Assembly: GCF_036321535.1 (NCBI RefSeq)
Contig: NC_087436.1
Coordinates: 37,202,001 to 37,266,000, forward strand
From: Camelus dromedarius
Taxonomy: Eukaryota
Reading direction: 5' to 3'
Length of the DNA: 64,000 nucleotides
Shown here piece by piece: positions 24,401 through 37,354 of the stretch. The notes beneath the pieces are model-generated. The model searched no databases. It was not told the origin of the DNA and was given only the letters and a program-made list of their open reading frames with translations. Numbering within the stretch: the first letter of the stretch is position 1; every line of letters starts with the position of its first letter. A program made the translations under genes and the position numbers.

Positions 24401-25033
24401 TGATCTGTGGCCTGGAGGTAGGTGGATTCATTTTACTTGAATGGCCTCAGTGGAACCACTCCACAGGTGAAGGGCACGGTCAATCTCTGATCTGTGGGGC
24501 TGCCTATGAAAATTTGCTACTTTCCCGAGGACCCCTGAAATAGAATGATTTATTTAGTAAGGAGCAGGACAGAGGGCTCTCAGGCATTCCTGTCAGAACA
24601 AGGCTGTCAGGAGCTTCTTGACAGGTAGGTTCGTGCTGGCACTGATTGCTGCCCTAGGCCTACCTTTGGGGAAGCAATGCCCTACAGTGATTGTATGAAT
24701 CAGGTCTGCTTCCCATCTGGACTGCACCAGCCTGTGTGAATGTGAATTAGAACTCTCTGAAATAGTTCAGTATAGGAGTTTCCCTTCATGTTGGGTGAGG
24801 ATTTATTGTGGCTTCCCCTGAAGACAGAATTTAGAGCCTCCCGTCACATGCCGAGGTCCTCACTGAGCAGCCATGGGAGGTCTAGAGGTAGTTCGACCAC
24901 CTAGACACCGCGCTGACATCTCCAGTCTTTTAAAATAAGCTCATCATCTGCCGTGGTTTAGTGTTTGCTGTATCTTTCCCTCTATGTTACATCTTGCCAT
25001 TAAAAGCAATCTAATGTGTTGGTAATTCAGCAA

Positions 25034-25124
25034 CTTTTTTTTTTTTTTTAAACAGAGATACTACAGATTGAACCCAGGACCTCGAGCATGCTAAACATGC
25101 ACTCTACCACTGGGCTACCCCTCC
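25034..25124 (-). mobile_element. Vic-1-type tRNA-Ala SINE (short form)
   Basis: Poly-T then gattgaacccaggacctcgagcatgctaaacatgcactctaccactgggctac; TSD ttcagcaa at 25026-25033 and 25125-25132. Confidence 0.9.
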
Positions 25125-26127
25125 TTCAGCAATATTTCTTGCACAAAGAAATGAAGTAAATTGTAGAATGTTTATAAGCTAGCATTGAATAGCTAAAAGT
25201 AGGTCACTGACATGATTTTATAGTTATTCTTCAAGCATCATTGTTTGTTGGATAGGAATATAACACTCAGGTCAGTATGCAAAGAAAAGCAATAGATCTT
25301 GCTGACTGGTGCTTCCACCTGTCAACAGCACTTAGTCATTATTATACTCATTTTATAATTCTGACAGTTTGAGGGCCCTCTAATCTTGTTTAGAAATGTT
25401 ATGCAGTATTAGCAATCTCCAAATTATTGCTGTTTAAAGAAATTGTGGCTCTTGAAGATGATTGCTACAGTCTCTCAAAATGTTAATCGAATTTTCAGGG
25501 AATGCAGAGATGCTTCATTGATTTTGCTGCCTCTTTTACTGTCTCTGTTTTACCATCTTTTCTTGTATTTGGAAGTATTTCTCAATTTATCTGCCTCTGT
25601 GCCTTCTTTATTCCCTTCAAGTTCTTATACTACCCATTTCTTGAATGAAAAATCGACTTTTTCCCTGAATAAAAATATATTGTAGTTAAAAGAATTCAGC
25701 AAAAAAGCCAGAAAAGAATAGATGCTGTTCATCTAAGTGGAAATTTGCAAAACAGGCCCAATCCTATGTGTACATCAAAACATCATTCTCGCATTAGAGG
25801 AGGACCTAAAACTACACTTTAATGACAGTTTAAGCAGCTAACATTTTACAAAGAAAAATCTAGTTGTTAACACACTGTGCAAATATCTAGTAAGACAGAG
25901 TGGATATTCAAAATAGTTAAAACCTGTTAACAACATTAAACAAAATAAGATGCAGGGTGAATACAGGCTAAATATCTGACCTGCATTTAAAGAAAAAAAT
26001 CAAATTCCTTCCCTTAAAAAGGAGGTACATTTGAGAGATTTGCAAAATACTGTGAAACTATTCCATGCCTTAGAGATGTAACCAGGGGATCCAAAAACCA
26101 AATATGTGAACCCAATGTATGCATTAG

Positions 26128-26351
26128 CATGATAATTAATTTTATGTTTCAGGTTGGCTAGTTCATGGTGTCTAGTTGCTTGTTCAAATACCAGTCTTGA
26201 TGTTACCTTGAAGATATTTTTTTTAGATGTAATTAATATTTGAATCAGTAGACTGGAGTACATCAGATTATCCTCCATATTGGGTGGACCTCATCCAATC
26301 AGTTGTATGTATCCTATTGGTCTGTTTTTCTGGAGGACCCTGACTAACAGA
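26128..26351 (+). mobile_element. MLT2B-like LTR with internal deletion
   Basis: tgataattaattttatgtttc...ctcatccaatcagttg joined directly to atcctattggtctgtttttctggaggaccctgactaa. Confidence 0.8.
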
Positions 26352-27382
26352 GTTAGTGACCAAGATCAGTGGTAATCCTCTCTCAAGATGCCCAAGGAAA
26401 GCTGACCTTGGGCAAGCGGGCAGTGGGGGTCATAAGTCCTCAGCAGATAGGTCTTCCCACAGTCCAGCTACCTTGCCCTCCTTCCCTATTTCTGAATAAC
26501 AATTTGGATTTCCTTATTCAGCAATTTACCTGAGTGACCATCTGTGATTTTGATGCTGTCCTATCAGAGGCTCTCGGAAGGATTTCTTAGTTTTTGTTTT
26601 CCTGCGTAGTTCTTAGTAACCCCGCAGAAAGGAAGACTCCTTGCAATAGATTGGCAATGATAAATACCTATGGATTTAAGGCTCCTCAACAGCAGCTTTG
26701 CATATGGACCACGCTTATGGTTTTTTTTTTTTTTTTTTTTTTTTTGAGATAGAATTGGCATACAACACTTTATTAGTTTCAGGTGTACAACATAATGATT
26801 CAATATTTGTATACACTGAAATGATCACCACAGTAAGTCTAGTTACTATCTGTCACCCTATACAAAGCTACAAAAAATTTTTTTTTCTTGTGATCAGAAT
26901 TTTTAAGATTTACTCTCTTGGCAACTTTCAAATATGCACTACATTATTATTGACTATAGTCACCATGATGTATATTACATCCCCACTTACTCTATAACTT
27001 GACATTGGTACCTCTTGACCCCCTTCACTCATTTCACCCACTCTCAAACCCCTCTTTCCTCCAGCCACTATTCTGTTTTCTGTATCTATGAATCTGTTTT
27101 CATTTTGTTTTGTTTTTTTAGACTCTACATACAAGTGAAATCATATGGTCTTTCTCTGACTTATTTCACTTAGTATAATACCCTCTAGGTACATTCATGT
27201 TGCAAATGGCAAGATTTCCTTCTTTTTTATGGCTGAGTAATATTCCATTGGGTATATATGTGTGTGTTCATGTGTAAACCACAACTTCATTCATTTATCA
27301 ATTGATGGGTACTTAGGTTGCTTCCCTATATTGACTATTGTAAATAATGTTGCAAAGGACATACACGTGCATATATCTTTTT

Positions 27383-27511
27383 TTCTTTTGGTAATTAGGT
27401 TTATTTATTTATTTATTTTAAATTATTTTTTAAATGGAGGTACTGAGGATTGAACCTAGGACCTCATGCATGCTAAGCATACACTCTACCACTGAACTGT
27501 ACCCTACCTCC
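27383..27511 (-). mobile_element. Vic-1-type tRNA-Ala SINE nested in L1
   Basis: gtaattaggttt...aatggaggtactgaggattgaacctaggacctcatgcatgctaagc; TSD tg(c/t)at(a/g)tatcttttt at 27368-27382 and 27512-27526. Confidence 0.92.
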
Positions 27512-28706
27512 TGTATGTATCTTTTTGAATTAATGTTTTGTTTTCTTCAGAAAAATACCTAGAAGTGAAATTACTGGATCATATGGTAGTTCTAATTTTA
27601 AGTTTTTGAGGAACCTCCATACTGTTTCCCATAGTGGCTGCACCAATTTATATTCCCACTAACAGTGTACAAGAGTTCCCTTTCTCCTCAACAACACTTG
27701 GTATTTCCTGTCTTTTTGATAACAGCCATTCTGGCAGGTATGAAGTGATATCTCATTGCAGTTTAGAGGTTTGCATTTTGTATTGCTTTGTGTTGATGAT
27801 TAGTGATGTCATAAACATCTTTTCATGTGTCTGTTGGCCATCTGTATGTCGTATCTGGAAAAAGTGTATATTTAAATCCTTTGCCCATTTTTTTAACCAA
27901 ATTGATTTTTTTTTTTGCTATAGAATTGTATGAGTTCTTTGTATATTTTGGATATTAATTCTTTGTTGGATATATGATTTGCAAATATTTTCTCTCATTC
28001 AGTGAGTTACTTTTTCATTTTGCTGATGGTTTTCTTTGCCATGCAGAAGCTTTTTAGTTTGATGTAGTCCCAACTTGATTATTTTTGCTTTTGTTGCCTT
28101 TCTTCTGGAGTCAGATTCAGAAAATCATCACCAAGATTGATGTCAAGGAACTTATCACCTATATTTTCTTCTAGGAGTCTTATACTTTCAGGTCTTACAT
28201 TCAAGTCATTTTGAGTTAATTTTTGTGTATGGTGTAAGCCAGTAGTTGGGTTTCATTGTTTTACGTATGATGTCAAGTTTTCTAGCACTATAAATTGAAG
28301 AGGTTATCTTTTCCCCATTGTATATTCTTGCCTCCTTTGTTGTATATTAATTGACTATGCATAAGTTTATTTCTGGACTCTATTCTGTTGCTTTGATCTA
28401 TGTATTTGTTCTTATGCCAATACCATATTGTTTTTATTACTATAGTTTGTTTGAAATCGAGGAGCAGTCTGACTCCAGCTTTGTTCTTTTTTTCCAAGAT
28501 TGCTTTGGTTATTGGTTTCTTTCTTTCTTTCTTTCTTTTTTTTTTTTTTTGTGGTGCCATACAAATTTAGGATTGTTCTATTTCTTTGAAAAATGCCATT
28601 GGGATTTTGATAGGTATGACATTAAAACTGTAGATTGCTTTGGGTAACATGGTCATTTTAGCAATATTAATTCTTTAATTCATGAGCATGGAATACTCTT
28701 CATTTA

Positions 28707-29123
28707 TGGTTATTCACTGCTTTTTGAAAGTTTGCTTTATTACATTTCACCTTTATGAAAGACCTAATTGTATCTGTTTTTCCTAACTAACAGAAATCTA
28801 AGAGTGATTTTTGCTTTTATGAAAAAGGTGAAAAGCAAAAATAGCGTTCAGTGTGTGCTTTGCAGTGAGCCATCATAGTAGCAGCATGCACCTGAACAGT
28901 GAGAGTGGTACCACCAAGCACCCTCCCTGGAAACTATACTAAGCCTCTCAGCATCAAGCTGCCTTAGCTTGGAACTGTGTTTATGAGCATCTGTGCTTTA
29001 TCTCGGTTTAAATGCATCCATTAGGAAGAAGTGTCCTAAAGTAATTGCTTCTTTGCTTTTTGACATTTCAGCTTACAAAAGGCTTCATAGGAATGTTCTA
29101 CTTTTGAATAGCAGGAGAACCTG
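28707..29123. mobile_element. TcMar-Tigger non-autonomous DNA transposon nested in L1 ORF2
   Basis: Interrupts L1 catt(ta)tttgtgtcttc with TA duplication (28705-28706, 29124-29125); decayed TIRs ggttattcactgctttttgaaag / cttttgaatagcaggagaacctg. Confidence 0.75.
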
Positions 29124-30186
29124 TATTTGTGTCTTCAATTTCTTTTTTCAATGTCTTACAAGTCTTCAGTATACAGATCTTTTACCTGTTGGGTTAAATT
29201 TATTCCTAGGTATTTTATTCTTTTCTATGCGCTGTTGATTATGATGTTAGCTTTGGGCTTGTCAATATGGCCTTTATTATGTTGAGGTACATTCCCTCTA
29301 TGCCCACTTTGTTTAGAGTTTTTTTTTTTTAAATCAGAAATGAATGTTGAATTTTGTTAAATGCTTTTTCTGAATCCATATGAGATGATATGATGTTTAT
29401 GTTGTTAACATGGTGTATCACATTGATTTGTGAATGTTGAATGATCTTTGTACCCCTGGAATAAATCCCACCTGTTCATGTTGCATGATTCTTTTAATGT
29501 ATTATTGATTTCCATTTGCTAATATTTTGTTGAGGATTTTTGCATCTGTTTATCAGGGATATTGGCCTGTAATTTTCTTTTCTTGTGGCATCCTTTTCTG
29601 GTTTTGGTATCACGGTGCTGCTGGTGTTGTAGAATGAATAAAGAAGCATTCTTTCCTCTTCAGTTTTTTGGAGGAGTTTGAGAAGGATACGTATTCAATC
29701 ATCATTAAATATTTGGTAGAATTCAGGAGTGAAGCTGTCTGGCTCTGGACATTTGTTGGGAGGTTTTTGATTACTGATTCAACCTCCTTACTAGTAATTA
29801 GTCTATTCAGATTTTCTATTTCTTCTTGATTCAGTCTTGGAAGATTGTATGTTTCTATAAATTTATCCCTTTTTTTCTGGGTTGTCCAATTTTTGGCGTG
29901 TAGTTTTTCATAGTAGCCTCTTATAATTCGTATTTCTGTGGTATCAGTTGTAACTTCTCCTCTTTTAATTCTGATTATATTTATTGGAGCCCTCTGTTTT
30001 CTTGTGAGTCTAGCTTAAGATTTACCAGTTTTGTTTCTTTTCTAAGAACCAGCTCCTAGTTTCATTGATCTTCTCTACTGACTTTTTAGGCTCTATTTTA
30101 TTTTTAATCTGATTTTTGTTACTTTGTGCATTCTAACTTTGGGCTTTATTTATTCTTTTTCTGTTTCCTTTAGGTCATAAAGTTAG

Positions 30187-32461
30187 TTTTTTTTTTAACA
30201 TTTTTTATTGATTTATAATCATTTTACAATGTTGTGTCAAATTCCAGTGTAGAGCACAATTTTTCAGTTATACATGAACATATATATATTCATTGTCACA
30301 TTTTTTTCTCTGTGAGCTACCGTAAGATCTTGTGTATATTTCCCTGTGCTATACAGTATAATCTTGTTTATCTATTCTACAATTTTGAAATCCCGTCTAT
30401 CCCTTCCCACCCTCCACCCCCTTGGCAACCACAAGTTTGTATTCTATGTCTGTGAGACTTTCTGTTCTGTATTTATGCTTTGTGTTTTTGTTTGTTTTTG
30501 TTTTTTAGATTCCACATATAAGCGATCTCATATGGTATTTTTCTTTCTCTTTCTGGCTTACTTCACTTAGAATGACATTCTCCAGGAGCATCCATGTTGC
30601 TGCAAATGGCATTATGTTGTCGGTTTTTATGGCTGAGTAGTATTACATTGTATAAATATACCACTTCTTCTTTACCCAGTCATCTGTTGATGGACATTTA
30701 AGCTGTTTCCATGTCTTGGCTATTGTAAATAATTCTGCTATGAACGTTGGGATGCAGGTGTCATTATGAAGTAGAGTCCCTTCTGGATATATGCCCAGGA
30801 GCGGGATTCCTGGGTCATCTGGTAAATCTATTCCTAGTCTTTTGAGGAATCTCCGCACCGTTTTCCATAGTGGCTGCACCAAACTGCATTCCCACCAGCA
30901 GTGTAGGAGGGTTCCCCTTTCTCCACAGCCTCTCCAGCATTTGTTGTTTGTGGATTTTTGAATGATGGCCATTCTGACTGGCATGAGGTGATACCTCATT
31001 GTAGTTTTGATTTGCATTTCTCTGATAATTAATGATATTGAGCATTTTTTCATGTGCTTATTGATCATTTGTATGTCTTCCTTGGAGAATTGCTTGTTTA
31101 GGTCTTCTGCCTATTTTTGGATTGGGTTGTTTGGTTGTTTCTTATTAAGTCGTATGAGCTGCTTATATATTCTGGAGATCAAGCCTTTGTCGGTTTCATT
31201 TGCAAAAATGTTCTCCCATTCTATAGGTTGTCTTTTTGTTTTACTTATGGTTTTCTTTGCTGTGCAGAAGCTTGTAAGTTTCATTAGGTCCCATTTGTTT
31301 ATTCTTGCTTTTATTCCTTCTAGGAGAAAATTTTTGAGATGTATGTCAGATAATGTTTTGCCTGTATTTTCCTCTAGGAGGTTTATTGTATCTTGTCTTA
31401 TGTTTAAGTCTTTGATCCATTTTGAGTTGATTTTTGTGTATAGTGTAAGGGAGTGTTCTAGCTTCACTATTTTACATACTGCTGTCCGGTTTTCCCAACA
31501 CCATTTGCTGAAGAGATTGTCTTTATTCCATTGTATAGTCTTGCCTCCTTTGTCGAAGATTAGTTGACCAGAAATTTGTGGGTTCATTTCTGGGCTCTGT
31601 TCCATTGGTCTATATGTCTGTTTTTGTTCCAATACCATGCTGTCTTGATGACTGCAGCTCTATAGTATTGTCTGAAGTCTGGGAGAGTTATTCCTCCAGC
31701 CTCTTTCTTTCTCTTCAGTACTGCTTTGGCAATTCTAGGTCTTTGATGGTTCCATATAAATTTGATTATGATTTGTTTTAGTTCTGTGAAATGTGTCCTG
31801 GGTAATTTGATAGGGATTGCATGAAATCTGTAGATTGCCTTGGGCAGTGTGACCATTTTAACAATATTGATTCTTCCAATCCAAGAGCATGGGATATCTT
31901 CTCATTTTTTAAAGTCTTCTTTAATTTCCTTCATCAATGGTTTATAGTTGTGTATAATTCTTTCACCTCCTTGGTTAGATTTATTCCTAGGTATTTTATT
32001 ACTTTGGGTGATATTTTAAAGGGGATTGTTTCTTTACTTTCTTTTTCTGTTGATTCATCATTAGTGTAAAGAAATGCAACTGATTTTTGAACGTTAATCT
32101 TGTAACCTGCTACCTGGCTGAATTCTTCGATCAGCTCTAGTAGTTTTTGTGTGGATCTTTTAGGGTTTTCTATATATAGTAACATGTCGTCGGCATATAG
32201 TGACACTTTTACCTCTTCTTTTCCAATTTGGATACCTTTTATTTCTCTCTCTTGTCTGATTGCTGTGGCTAGGACTTCCAAGTCTATGTTAAAAACTCTC
32301 ACCAAAGTGGATATAGAGGGAACATATGTCAACATAATAAAAGCTATATATGACAAACCTACAGCCAGCATAGTACTCAATGGTGAAAAACTCAAAAGCT
32401 TCCCACTAAAATCTGGGAGAAGACAAGGATGCCCACTATCACCACTCCTATTCAACATAGA
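30187..32461 (-). mobile_element. Young camelid L1, 5'-truncated with a 170-bp 5' inversion; ORF2 RT/C-terminus frameshifted
   Basis: Poly-T at 30187; ORF2 peptides [64 protein letters not shown]; segment 32291-32460 is L1 sense on the + strand ([10 protein letters not shown]...[12 protein letters not shown]). Confidence 0.95.
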
Positions 32462-33277
32462 TTATTTATTTGGAGTTTTTCTTGTTTCTTGAGGTAGGCC
32501 TGAATTGCTATGGATTTCCTCTTAGAACTGCCTTTGCTGCACCCCATAGATTTTGGTAAATTGCATTTCCATTTTCACTTGTCTCAAGATACATTATTTC
32601 TCCTTTGATTTCTTTGTTGATCAACTGATTGTTCAGTAGCATGCTGTTTAATCTCCATATATTTGTGAAATTTTCCAGTTTCCTTCTTGTAATTGATTTC
32701 TAGTTTTATACTGCTATTGTTGGGAAAGATGCTTGATATGATTTCAGTCTTCTTAAATTTATTGACACTTATTTTGTGTCCTGACATTTGATTTATCCTG
32801 GAGAATGATCCATGTGCAGTTGACAAGAATTTGTATTCTGCTTTTGAATGGAATGTTCTGTGTGTATCTGTTTGGTTCATCTGGTATAATGTGTCATATA
32901 AGGCTGATAATTCCTTGTTGATTTTCTGTCTAGAAGAGCTAGCCATTGGTGATAATGGGATATTAAATTTCCCTACTATTGTACTGCTGTCAGTTTCTCC
33001 ATTTAAGTCTGTTAGTATTTGCTTTATATATTTAGGTGCTCCTAGGTTGAGTACATACATATTGACAAATATTCTCTTGGTGGATTGACTACTTTATTAT
33101 TATGTAATGCCTTTTGTCTTTTATTACAGTCTTTGTTAAAGTCTGTTTTTTTCCTGATATAAATCTGGCTACTTTAGCTTTCTTTTGGTTTCCATTTGCT
33201 TGAAACATCTTTTTCCATCCCTTCACTTTTAGTTCATGTGTGTCCTTACATCTGAGGTAAGTCTCTTGTAGAAAGCA

Positions 33278-33316
33278 TACATACACACACACACACACAC
33301 ACACGTATATATATAT
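33278..33316. repeat. (CA)n/(TA)n microsatellite inside L1
   Basis: Directly visible. Confidence 0.85.
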
Positions 33317-33904
33317 GGGGCATTAAAAAAAATCCATTCAGCCACCCTGAGTCTGTTGATTGGAGAATTTAGTCTATTTACGTTCAAAGTAATTATTGAT
33401 AGAAATGGTACTTAGTGCCATTTTGTTAATTTTCTTGCTGTTTTGTAGCTCTCTTTCTTCTTTTCTTGCTTCTTTGCAGTTTGATGAAACTCTTTAGTGT
33501 TATGCTTATATTTCTTATTATTTTCTTGTGTATCTACTACACTTGCTTTGTGGTTACCATGAGGCTCACATGTAACAGCCTATATATAAAAGTCAATTTT
33601 AAGTTGGTAGTAACTCAAGTTTGAACATGATTGTAAAACTCAACATTTTTACTCCCCCACTCATGTTTTATATTTTTGATGTCACATTTTACATCTTTTT
33701 GTTTTGAATATTCCTTAATTGATTACTGTAGTTATATTTTTACTACTCTTGCATTTAACCTTCATACTACTTTATAAGTGATTAATCCACTAACTTTACT
33801 ATATATTTATCATTACTAGTGAGATTTATATTTTCATGTTTTCTGTTACTAATTAATGCCCTTTCTCCTCAGCTTAAAGAAGTTCCTATAACATTTCTTA
33901 TTTG

Positions 33905-34755
33905 GCTAATTTGGTAATTTGATAGGAATTACATTAAATCTGTAGATGGCTTTGGGTAGTATGGGCATTTAATGATATTAATTCTTCCAATCCAAGAACA
34001 TGGGATATCTTTCCATTTTTTTAAAGTCATCTTTAATTTCCTTAATCAGTGTTTTGTAGTTCTCTGCATATGTCTTTCACTTCCTTGGTCAGATTTATTC
34101 CTAAGTATTTTATTTTTCTAGATGCGATTTTAAAAGGAATTATTTCTTTACTTTCCTTTTCTGACATTTCATTGTTAGTTTAAAGAAATGCAACAGATTT
34201 CTGTATGTTAATCTTGTATCTTGCTACCTTGCCAAATTCTTTTATCAGTTCTAATAGTTTTTGAGTGGAGCCTTTAGGGTTTTCTATATATAGTATCATG
34301 TCATCTGCACATAGTGGCAGTTTTACTTCTTCTCTTCCAGTTTGGATCTCTTTTATTTCTTCTTTTTTTTGTCTAAATGCTATGGCTAGGACTTTGAATA
34401 TGTTGACTAGAAGTGGTAAGAGCGGGCATCCTTGTCTTGTTTCGGATTTTAGAGGGAAGACTTTTAACTTCACCATTGAGTATTATGTTGGCTGTGGGTT
34501 TATCACAAATACTTTTAATTATGTTGAGACATGTTCCCTCTACACTCACTTTGGTAAGAGTTTTTATTGTAATTGGGCATTGATTTTTATTGAATGCTTT
34601 TTCTGCATCTATTGAAATGATCATATAATTTTTGTACTATTGTTGATGTGGTGTATCACATTGATTGATTTGCATATGTTGAACCATCCTTGTGTCCCTG
34701 GGATGAACCCAATTTGATCCTAGTGTATAATCCATTTTATGTGTTGGATTCTGTT
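33905..34755 (-). mobile_element. Internal L1 ORF2 RT fragment without 3' UTR or poly-A, lying where host ORF1 should be
   Basis: Track peptides [47 protein letters not shown]; flanked by the host ORF1 end (~33900) and ORF1 start (~34790-34850). Confidence 0.85.
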
Positions 34756-37323
34756 TTCAAGTTTTTTGGGTTTTTTTTTTTTTAAGGTTTTATCTTGTTC
34801 TTTCTTTTGGAATATACTTCTGTTTTCTCTTTGTTTGACATTCTGTGTTTGTTTCTGTGTATTAGACAAAAAAGCAACCTCTCCCTGTCTTGAAGGAGTG
34901 GCTTGAAGGAGATAAACCTTATCTTTAAAGTCTGTCCTAACTGTAGATTGTCTCTCAAATCCTTGTGATTGTCTAAGCAGCCTGATTTATTCTTGATAGG
35001 TGCCAGTTGAGGGTGTGCCAAGATCTGTCAGTGTTTCAAAGGGAGAAATCTCAGTTAGAACCTAGTTTTAGGTTGACTGGAAGCCAGATCCTCAGGCAGC
35101 AGCTTTTAAAGTAAGCAAATAAATAGTCTTGTGGAACTGTATTTATAAACCCTCATGGCTTCCAGGGCAGGCAATCTGGAGGTGTACCCTGAGTAAGAGT
35201 GCAGAAATTTGGGTGTCAGATGACTGTATTATAAGCTCCTTTCTGGTCAGTGCCAGTGAGCCGTAGCAAGGTCAAGGGAGAGTGCAGAGATGGTGCCCCT
35301 CCACCGATGTTCTTTGAGAGCAGCTCTGTAGCTTCTAGATGCCTGACAAACCTGAATTCTGCCCCTCAGGCTGAAGTTCCAGAATTCAGTAAAAAGGCCT
35401 TTTTCACAGGACTGGGGATGTGTTTAAGTCTATCTTTGTATTGCCCTGTAATGGTGGCCTGCTAACAAACTGTCTGATTGTTACTGTCTGATTGTTACTG
35501 TCCTGTGGGACCCAGGAACATAAGCCCCTCCAGTCACCAGAACCAGAGGAATTAAGAAGCATTTCTTGTGTGTATTTAACCTGCCGACTTAAGTGAGGCA
35601 GTAGGAGCGTGCACATCCAGGTGCGCCATCCAGGTTTCCAAGGACAGTGGGGGAGTACAGGGCTGGGGTGCACCTGCTGGCTTTTGTGAGACCACAGCGG
35701 AGCACAGGGTTGCGGCATGCCCTCTGGTTTTCATGTAGCCATGGGGAGCCCAAGACTGGGGCACATCCATCTGCACTATCAAAGTGAAAAGGGAGTTCAA
35801 AAATGGCAGCCACCAGAGCCTCAATCTCTAGAGAGTCCAGACAGATCCTTGCCCTCTGGCAGATGCTTCAAGATTAGCAAATGAATTTTTTTTCACAAAT
35901 AATTTAGGTGCTTTTCAAACTGCTGCTTTTGCACTGGTCCCTGCAGCAAATGAGTTTGTACTGAGCCCTTAAAGGGAAGTATCATAGCTCCCTGTAGCTC
36001 TTCAGGTCTGGATGTGAGCCGTGTGGCTTCCAAAGCCAGACGTTTGGGGGCCTGTCTCTCCATTGCATGTCCCAGGGGTTGGGGTGCCAGATGTGGGCAT
36101 AAAATTCTCATTTCTCAGGGTGAAATCCTGGAATGGTGAGGTACCTCCCAATTAGGAGTTGTACTGGAGGTGGAGTTTTTGGCAAGACTACATCTTTGCT
36201 TCTTCTCATCTGAGTGGCCCTTTTACCATTTGTTGTGAAGGAGCTGTTCTTAGTTTTCAGGTCTTTTTCTGCAAGAACTGCTCCATATGTAACTGTAGAT
36301 TTAGTGTGTCTGTAGAAGGATGTGAGTTCAGGAACTTCCTTTACCACCATCTTGAACTACCATCCTTATGCTCTTGTTTTTTGCATCAGTGGTGGGAGAC
36401 AAACTCTCTGCACTTTTTTTTTTAAACCAAATTAAGATGCATAGCTGCTCAATTCTGATTATCTTAAATTCATAGTTTCCATGAGGAAATAAACTTGTAG
36501 ATGCTTTGTCACTCCGTTTTATTTTAGAAACACAGAACACCATCAAAAATATTCCTTAGCTTCTTTTCTTAATTAGTATTTAAGATCATTGAAGGCAGAA
36601 AAAATGATGTGTTCATCTTTGAGTTTCTAGAATTAAGCAAAGTGCCTATCAATTGTAGACTATATTTAATAAAATTTTAAATGAGTGATTATCAGTAATA
36701 TTGAACATTTTATAATATATTTTATTGATAGAAAATAAGCAATATTTTAAAATTTTGAATCAGTGGATGATGATATCAGTTTCTTTCTTAATGTTTATTC
36801 AAGAGAAACTCTATCCAGGAGATCAGAGAACAGAAAATAAAAGGTCGTAAGGACTCCAGTTCTCTGTTTAGCTATAGTCCTTTTATTTTATTTACCATTT
36901 CTTTGTTTTATGAATGATCCAGTGTGTTGAGTGGCAGTTAGGAGAATTTTACCATGTGCTAGGAGTCTGACTGCAGTTTGATAATGCTTAATGTGCTGAA
37001 ATTTACTTATACGGTGCCATTTAAGCAATACTATTTAAATTGTGTGTAGTGGGGTTTTTTTGTTTGTTTTTTTTACTGTAAAACAGACTATGTAAATATG
37101 CATACCTACAAATCCCCTTTGTACTACATGTGGCTTTTTGTCTGAGGGAATCCCCAGGAGAAATATGGTGCCATTAGCCTGATTTCAGGTGATAAATAAT
37201 GAGGTAAATACAAGCTACTGTGTCAGCAGACAAACTGGTATGGTAGTCAATTATCCTAACAGAAAAATGAGAATTTGAAGAGAAGTAATTTGCTTTGAAG
37301 AAAACTATTCTTTTAAATTATTA

Positions 37324-37327
<4 letters not shown>

Positions 37328-37354
<27 letters not shown>
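37328..37354. repeat. Poly-T tract (~27 nt)
   Basis: Directly visible. Confidence 0.9.

Larger units (their letters stand above)
26722..36358 (-). mobile_element. Formerly full-length L1 (poly-A, 3' UTR, ORF2, ORF1 ends, 5' UTR) with four nested events
   Basis: Poly-T at 26721-26745; ORF2 endonuclease peptides in the track at 32584-33304; 5' terminus caagatggtgg on the minus strand at ~36344-36354; decayed TSD accacgcttatggt (26708-26721) / accatccttatgct (36359-36372). Confidence 0.85.

Noticed and set aside
30643..32492. ORFs of 90-186 aa with RT (YADD) and cysteine-rich motifs as a functional gene or novel RT system
   Set aside because: They are frameshifted pieces of a 5'-truncated L1 ORF2 plus antisense and inversion-junction ORFs; no intact ORF exists.
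35469..35502. Short tandem duplications (14-bp unit here; similar cases at ~11779-11805 and ~44445-44485)
   Set aside because: Ordinary two-copy slippage events with no repeat-spacer structure; not CRISPR-like.
36768..36870. C/D box snoRNA (ATGATGA box C)
   Set aside because: No CTGA box D or terminal stem at a suitable distance.
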